Shown: piece by piece, positions 59,133 through 64,000 of the stretch
How the letters are laid out: each line of letters opens with the position of its first letter
Numbering within the stretch: the first letter of the stretch is position 1
Program-made: the position numbers and the translations under genes
DNA from: a virus
Lineage: Duplodnaviria > Heunggongvirae > Uroviricota > Caudoviricetes
Strand: one strand, 5' to 3'
Virus record (IMG/VR): IMGVR_UViG_3300020048_006428
Span: 32,001-96,000 of that record
Length of the DNA: 64,000 nucleotides
The notes under the pieces: generated by a model
The model's input: only the letters and a program-made list of their open reading frames with translations
What the model was told of the DNA's origin: nothing
Databases searched by the model: none

Positions 59133-60911
59133 ATGTCAAACATTAGAATAGACAAACAAAAAGCTTTAAAGAAATGGGCTCCAGTTTTAGAAAATATGGG
59201 CGTTGCAGGAGATGAAAGACTCGACTGGATGTCAGAACTAGCTGAATACCATTCAATTAACGAAAACGCATATGTAAACGCAGCTAACGCTGGTATGGGT
59301 AGTGTAGTAGGTGCTCAACCATCAGTTTATGCAGGTTCAACAAACTTTACTGCTAATGCAGTTAATCAAACTAACCAATATGCTAGTGCATTAGGTAACT
59401 TAGGTTCAGGTGATGTTGGTCAAAACATGTTGCCAGTTGCAATGAAAATTGCTGCTCAGACAATCGGTCTTGATTTAGTATCAGTTAAACCAACACCAGG
59501 TCCAAAATTAGACTTGCTTTATATTGACTTCCAATATGATGATGTTGATACAACACAAGCTAATCCAGTTGTATTTAAATACACAGATGTACAACTTCTT
59601 TCATATAGAGCTTCTATCCGTGCTTTTATGGTAGCTAATAGCATTGTTGAAACAACAGGTGGTCTTGCATTCGGTTCAACAACAGGTGCATCAGCTAGAA
59701 TATTTGTTAATATTGCAACTGGTGTTCCAACAATAACTGCTCCTGTTGCTACTGGTGACAAACAAAACATTGTAGAATTCTTAGGTTTCTCACGTATTGA
59801 TGGTCAATTGATGTTTAGAGCTTACAGACAAGCTAACGCTGTTGGTAATTTTAGTTTATCATCAAGTTCACCTTATGCTGCACCTTATGCTTGGGATCAA
59901 ACACAGAATACGTTCTCACCAACAAATTCTATGGTTTCTCAAATTGATTTCTTACCATTTGCTACAACTGGCTTTACTGCTTCTGGTGCTACTGCTACAA
60001 CAGCAACTGATCAAGCAATCAACTTGATTTCTGCTTTAGAAGACCACTTACCTGGTTTTTCAACTAACTTCTCTGCAAACTCTAAAGGTGGATTGTATCC
60101 AATGTCAAGAGCTGAAGATGATTTATCTTATGCAGGTGTAATCGGACCAAAAGTATCTACTAAGTCAATTGCAGTTGGTACTATCGAAGTTTCTTCTGTT
60201 CTTAGAAGAACTGAAATTGAAGACATCAAAGCTAACACAGGTATGGATATCGTTCAAAAAATGGAATCAATCCTTGTTAATGAATTGTCACAAACAATTT
60301 CTAAACAAATCGTAGCTAAAATCTTTGAAATGGGTGATCTTAACAGAACTTCTGCACCTACATTCGGTGGAACTGCTACAATTACAGGTCATACAGTATT
60401 TGACTTAGATACAAATTATGCAGCAGCCGGTCCTGGTGGTGAAACTACACATTCTATCCAACGTAAACTTATTACTAAGATGGTTCATGCGTCTAACTTC
60501 ATTGCAACAGAAGGTCGTGTTGGTCCAGCACAATTCGCTGTAACTAACGGAGCATTGGCAGCAACTTTGATGGATATTTCAGGTTATACAATTAATCCTG
60601 TTAAATCTAAAATGAATGCAGCAGGTCAATTATATCCAGTAGGTCAAATCGGTGATATGCAAGTATATGTTGATCCATATATGAAATATAATGACAACCG
60701 TATCGTTATCGGTAGAAAGAACAATCCCGACCAACCTGGTATCTTGTTTGTTCCTTACTTAATGGCACAGTCAATAAGCATTATATCTGAAGCGACATTC
60801 GCACCAAGAATGTTATTGCGTTCAAGATACGCAGTCGCAGAAGTTGGTTGGTATCCACAAAAACAATTTATGACAATTGTTGTTAAAGATACTAATAGCT
60901 ATCTTAACTAA
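59133..60911 (+). CDS. Major capsid protein, T4 gp23-like
   Basis: KKWAPVLE, IGLDLVSVKPTPGP, ELSQTISKQI, VYVDPY, FVPY, PRMLLRSRYAV; highly expressed codon usage. Confidence 0.93.
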   Translation: MSNIRIDKQKALKKWAPVLENMGVAGDERLDWMSELAEYHSINENAYVNAANAGMGSVVGAQPSVYAGSTNFTANAVNQTNQYASALGNLGSGDVGQNMLPVAMKIAAQTIGLDLVSVKPTPGPKLDLLYIDFQYDDVDTTQANPVVFKYTDVQLLSYRASIRAFMVANSIVETTGGLAFGSTTGASARIFVNIATGVPTITAPVATGDKQNIVEFLGFSRIDGQLMFRAYRQANAVGNFSLSSSSPYAAPYAWDQTQNTFSPTNSMVSQIDFLPFATTGFTASGATATTATDQAINLISALEDHLPGFSTNFSANSKGGLYPMSRAEDDLSYAGVIGPKVSTKSIAVGTIEVSSVLRRTEIEDIKANTGMDIVQKMESILVNELSQTISKQIVAKIFEMGDLNRTSAPTFGGTATITGHTVFDLDTNYAAAGPGGETTHSIQRKLITKMVHASNFIATEGRVGPAQFAVTNGALAATLMDISGYTINPVKSKMNAAGQLYPVGQIGDMQVYVDPYMKYNDNRIVIGRKNNPDQPGILFVPYLMAQSISIISEATFAPRMLLRSRYAVAEVGWYPQKQFMTIVVKDTNSYLN

Positions 60912-60930
60912 TCGTAAAGATGAATATATA

Positions 60931-60967
60931 AAAAATAGAAGGTTTAATCACCTTCTATTTTTTTTTT
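60931..60967 (+). terminator. Terminator after major capsid gene
   Basis: AAAAATAGAAGGT-TTAATC-ACCTTCTATTTTTTTTTT. Confidence 0.8.
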
Positions 60968-61014
60968 GTATCTATCGTCAAGCGAACATTTCTTCTATTT
61001 TATATATAATTAAT

Positions 61015-62907
61015 ATGGAAAAATTAGAAATTATAAATAAAATATTAAATGGTTCTGCAACCAAATTAAGGGAATCTTATTTTATAAATAAACATAATGA
61101 TATTTATGATGAAATAATACAATATTGTATTAACATAAATGATTTACCATTTAAACATAAATTATGGCATTGGGTGAATGATAATCCTAATTACTTCACA
61201 TGTAAGTGTGGGAAATATACTACTTTTAATAAAAATTGGTTAAATGGTTATAGAAAATTTTGCACACCAAAATGCGCACAAACTGAAACATCTACAAAGG
61301 AAAAACGCAAAAAGACAACATTAGAAAAATATGGTGTTGAAAACATAGCTATGTCTGAAACATCAAAGAAGAAACAAGAAGAAACTAATTTACTTAAATA
61401 TGGTTCAAAATCTTCCTTTCAAAATAAAGAAGTTAAAGAAAAATGGAAAAAAACCATAAATGATAAATATGGTGTTGATCATTATTTCCAAACAGATGAA
61501 TTTAAAATTAAATCTATTGAAACAAACAATATTAAATATGGTGCTGATTATTATGTTCAGACTGATGATTATATAAATAAAACTATAAATACCAATATAG
61601 AAAAATATGGTAAAAATTGGTATACACAAACTTTTGAATATAAAGAAAAAGCAAAGAAAACAAATATAGAAAAGTATGGTGTTGAACATTTAAGTAAAGA
61701 CTTAAAATATAAGGAATCTATTAAGAATAAAAATAATGGGGTTTATTATTTTCAAACGGATAAATTTAAAAATAAATCTATTGAAACAAATAATATTAAA
61801 TATGGTGTTAATCACTATACAAAATCTAAGGAATATAAAGAATATATAAATACTAATTTATATAAAGAAAAAAGATTTAATGAAAGTATAGATTTTTATA
61901 AAAAAAGAAATTTAAATTTTATTGAAAAAATAGATAAAAATGTATCATTATATAGTGATGTGTGTAATCATACATTTGAAATACATCCAACTAATTTAAC
62001 AAGAAGACAAGAAGTTGGTGTAATTGTATGCACAAAATGTAATCCAATAGATAGTGGTCAATCAGGTCAAGAATTAAATTTAATATCTTGGTTATTGTCA
62101 CTTGATTTAGAAATACATTGTAAAAGAAGAGATATAATATCACCATTGGAATTGGATGTTTATATACCATCAAAAAAAGTAGCTATTGAATTTAATGGAT
62201 TATATTGGCATTCTGAAAAATATAAGGATAAAAAATATCACTTAGATAAGTCATTAAAATGTAGCGAACAAGGGATAGATTTAATACATGTTTGGGAAGA
62301 TGATTGGATGAATAGAAGAAATATTATTAAATCAATAATATTATCAAGATTAGGACTTATTGAAAATAAGATATATGGTAGAAAATGTCAAATTAAAATA
62401 GTAGATAATAGGGAATTGGTTAATAATTTTTTCAATGATAATCATATTCAGGGTAAAACAAAATACAAAACTGCAATTGGGTTATATTATAATAATGAAA
62501 TGGTTTCTTGTATGTTATTTAACAAACCAAAGAAAAGTTTGGAATTGGTTAGATTCGCTAATAAAAAAGACTATTCAGTTATTGGTGCTGCATCAAAGTT
62601 ATTTAAATATTATGTTAATAATAATGATTTTGAAGAAATTGTTTCTTTTGCTGATAGGTCAATATTCAATGGTAATTTATATAAAACATTGGGATTTGAA
62701 TTTGTTTGGAAAACCGATGTTAATTATTGGTGGGTAGTTAATCATGTTAGAAGGCATAGGTTTAATTATAGCAAATCAAAGTTGATTAAAAATGGTGGTG
62801 ATCCTAATAAAACAGAAGTTCAGATTATGTTGGAATTGGGACATTTTAGGGTATGGGGTTGTGGATTAGATAAGTGGGTTTGGAAAAAAAATGGTTTTGA
62901 AATTTAA
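61015..62907 (+). CDS. Hef-like putative homing endonuclease with expanded KYG repeats
   Basis: Start moved to ATG 61015; about eight KYG repeats, ELDVYIP...IEFNGLYWHS, WEDDW, ELVRFAN, VSFADR. Confidence 0.75.
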   Translation: MEKLEIINKILNGSATKLRESYFINKHNDIYDEIIQYCININDLPFKHKLWHWVNDNPNYFTCKCGKYTTFNKNWLNGYRKFCTPKCAQTETSTKEKRKKTTLEKYGVENIAMSETSKKKQEETNLLKYGSKSSFQNKEVKEKWKKTINDKYGVDHYFQTDEFKIKSIETNNIKYGADYYVQTDDYINKTINTNIEKYGKNWYTQTFEYKEKAKKTNIEKYGVEHLSKDLKYKESIKNKNNGVYYFQTDKFKNKSIETNNIKYGVNHYTKSKEYKEYINTNLYKEKRFNESIDFYKKRNLNFIEKIDKNVSLYSDVCNHTFEIHPTNLTRRQEVGVIVCTKCNPIDSGQSGQELNLISWLLSLDLEIHCKRRDIISPLELDVYIPSKKVAIEFNGLYWHSEKYKDKKYHLDKSLKCSEQGIDLIHVWEDDWMNRRNIIKSIILSRLGLIENKIYGRKCQIKIVDNRELVNNFFNDNHIQGKTKYKTAIGLYYNNEMVSCMLFNKPKKSLELVRFANKKDYSVIGAASKLFKYYVNNNDFEEIVSFADRSIFNGNLYKTLGFEFVWKTDVNYWWVVNHVRRHRFNYSKSKLIKNGGDPNKTEVQIMLELGHFRVWGCGLDKWVWKKNGFEI

Positions 62908-62930
62908 TATATAAATAAAAACTAAAAACT

Positions 62931-63596
62931 ATGTCTAAACCGTATATTAAAATTAATTCGGCTTCTCATTCAGGTGGTGTTTTGGGTATTGATTATACAT
63001 TCCTTAAATTGAGGGGTAATATGAGTGGTGGTGGTGATATCACTATTCTTGGATTATCTGATTCAATTTCATTCTATCAGCCCGATAGTTACACTTATAA
63101 TGAAGTAGCTACTTTTTCAGTGCCAACTGTTGCCCCAGGTGCAGGTGCTGCTTATTCTGATCCAAGTGCAATTACTTGGACGTTTGCTGGTGTTCCTAAT
63201 GGAATAGGTACAACTGCTACAAATGCTAAGTATACTTTAGCAGGTGTTGAATTATCAAATTATACAGCATCAACTGCTACTTTATCTGTATTTTTGACAG
63301 GATTAGTAAGTTCATTTGTATTTGGTGGTACTGCTACTGGATTTTCAGCATTAGCTGGTTCTAATACTGTTACATTTAATGTTCCTGCTAATAGTGGAAA
63401 TACTTATAATTCGACAGGTATTTTGTTAAATTTAACACAAGGAACTGCATCAATTGTTGGAACTGCATCAAGTGGATTAGCAACTGCTGCTACATTCTCT
63501 GGTGGTTCAACAACTATTAATTTAGTTATGTCAACTACTGTTGGTGGTTATATGGAAGGTGTTTCAAGCACATCTTTTACTGCATCTGTTCTTTAA
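62931..63596 (+). CDS. Ser/Thr/Gly/Ala-rich probable virion surface protein
   Basis: Beta-rich composition like the sheath insertions; late promoter motif; terminator near 63612-63647. Confidence 0.55.
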   Translation: MSKPYIKINSASHSGGVLGIDYTFLKLRGNMSGGGDITILGLSDSISFYQPDSYTYNEVATFSVPTVAPGAGAAYSDPSAITWTFAGVPNGIGTTATNAKYTLAGVELSNYTASTATLSVFLTGLVSSFVFGGTATGFSALAGSNTVTFNVPANSGNTYNSTGILLNLTQGTASIVGTASSGLATAATFSGGSTTINLVMSTTVGGYMEGVSSTSFTASVL

Positions 63597-63651
63597 AAAT
63601 AAAATCAAATTAAAAAAAAGCCAATTCAAATTTGAATTGGCTTTTTTATAT

Positions 63652-64000
63652 TCAACTATACTCATAGTTTTCGAATTTCTTACTATTTAATCTTCCTTTG
63701 ATTGTTGTTTGGTGAATTCCTAATATATCAGATGCTTCTTTAAGTGTTCTATATTCTACACCATCTATCTTGAATGGTTTATTGTGTTTACACTTTTTAC
63801 CTATTTGTGGCTTTGATAACCTTTCAGATTGTTCATCTTCCGAATAAGAAATTTTAATTTCATTCTTATATGAATATTTTTTGTATTTTGGATTTTTACT
63901 CAATATTCTCCATCTTATTGTTGTAATCGGAATGCCAAGTTCTTTATTAGCTTTACCCAAAGATTCATATTCTACACCATCTATTAAAATGGGAATATTT
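63652..64000 (-). CDS. 3' end of a NUMOD1-like repeat protein, probably a homing endonuclease (starts beyond window)
   Basis: Two IDGVEYxxLxxAxxxLGI repeats; frame is open to the window edge. Confidence 0.6.
   Translation of the reverse strand, partial: NIPILIDGVEYESLGKANKELGIPITTIRWRILSKNPKYKKYSYKNEIKISYSEDEQSERLSKPQIGKKCKHNKPFKIDGVEYRTLKEASDILGIHQTTIKGRLNSKKFENYEYS

Noticed and set aside
4352-62737. Short ORFs antisense to or nested in longer genes (e.g. 6267, 12664, 16577, 25793, 29970, 39778, 39812, 53035, 57869)
   Set aside because: Shadow frames of real genes or of low-complexity repeats; no motifs or expression signals.
1-64000. Eukaryotic giant virus or cellular origin suggested by LRR, DnaJ and RFC-like genes
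   Set aside because: The T4-like portal, protease, capsid, sheath, terminase and endolysin identify a tailed bacteriophage.
1-64000. Stop-codon reassignment
   Set aside because: Core genes are full length in the standard code, and TAA, TAG and TGA all end genes.
1-64000. tRNA genes
   Set aside because: No cloverleaf with a T-loop GTTC pattern seen in the short intergenic spaces; not checked with tRNAscan.

Overview
Very AT-rich segment of a large T4-like (myovirus, probably jumbo) phage genome in the standard genetic code. The host is probably Bacteroidota (Bacteroidota-type ClpS, a DUF6576-like tail, mostly SD-less A-rich starts, one TAnnTTTG element). The window holds a dispersed head-tail module: gp13-like neck, 1283-aa tail sheath, terminase, gp25-like, gp15-like, gp4, gp2, portal, prohead protease-scaffold fusion and major capsid. 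It also has a gp55-like late sigma factor, a clamp loader, an endolysin and host-like auxiliary genes (guaC, dnaJ, grpE, clpS, two Dcm, NADAR, M28 peptidase, phosphatase). Main observations: (1) a 77-nt three-hairpin element at 6814-6890 whose minus-strand loops are antisense to adjacent segments of 23S rRNA helix 69-71; (2) about 23 otherwise diverse ORFs share an N-terminal MK(Y/H)(L/I)KxFExF peptide resembling the T4 capsid-targeting sequence, suggesting a large virion-packaged cargo system that includes an LRR family with variable repeat number; (3) the terminase large subunit is fractured by an atypically split intein with a free-standing endonuclease between the halves; (4) five complete copies plus one edge-truncated and one N-terminal-only copy of a Zn-finger/KYGV-repeat/PD-(D/E)XK nuclease/Mom-like GNAT gene sit beside core genes; (5) three promoter classes can be read from the sequence, including a self-complementary late promoter used bidirectionally. 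All calls come from motif recognition by eye; no database searches were run.
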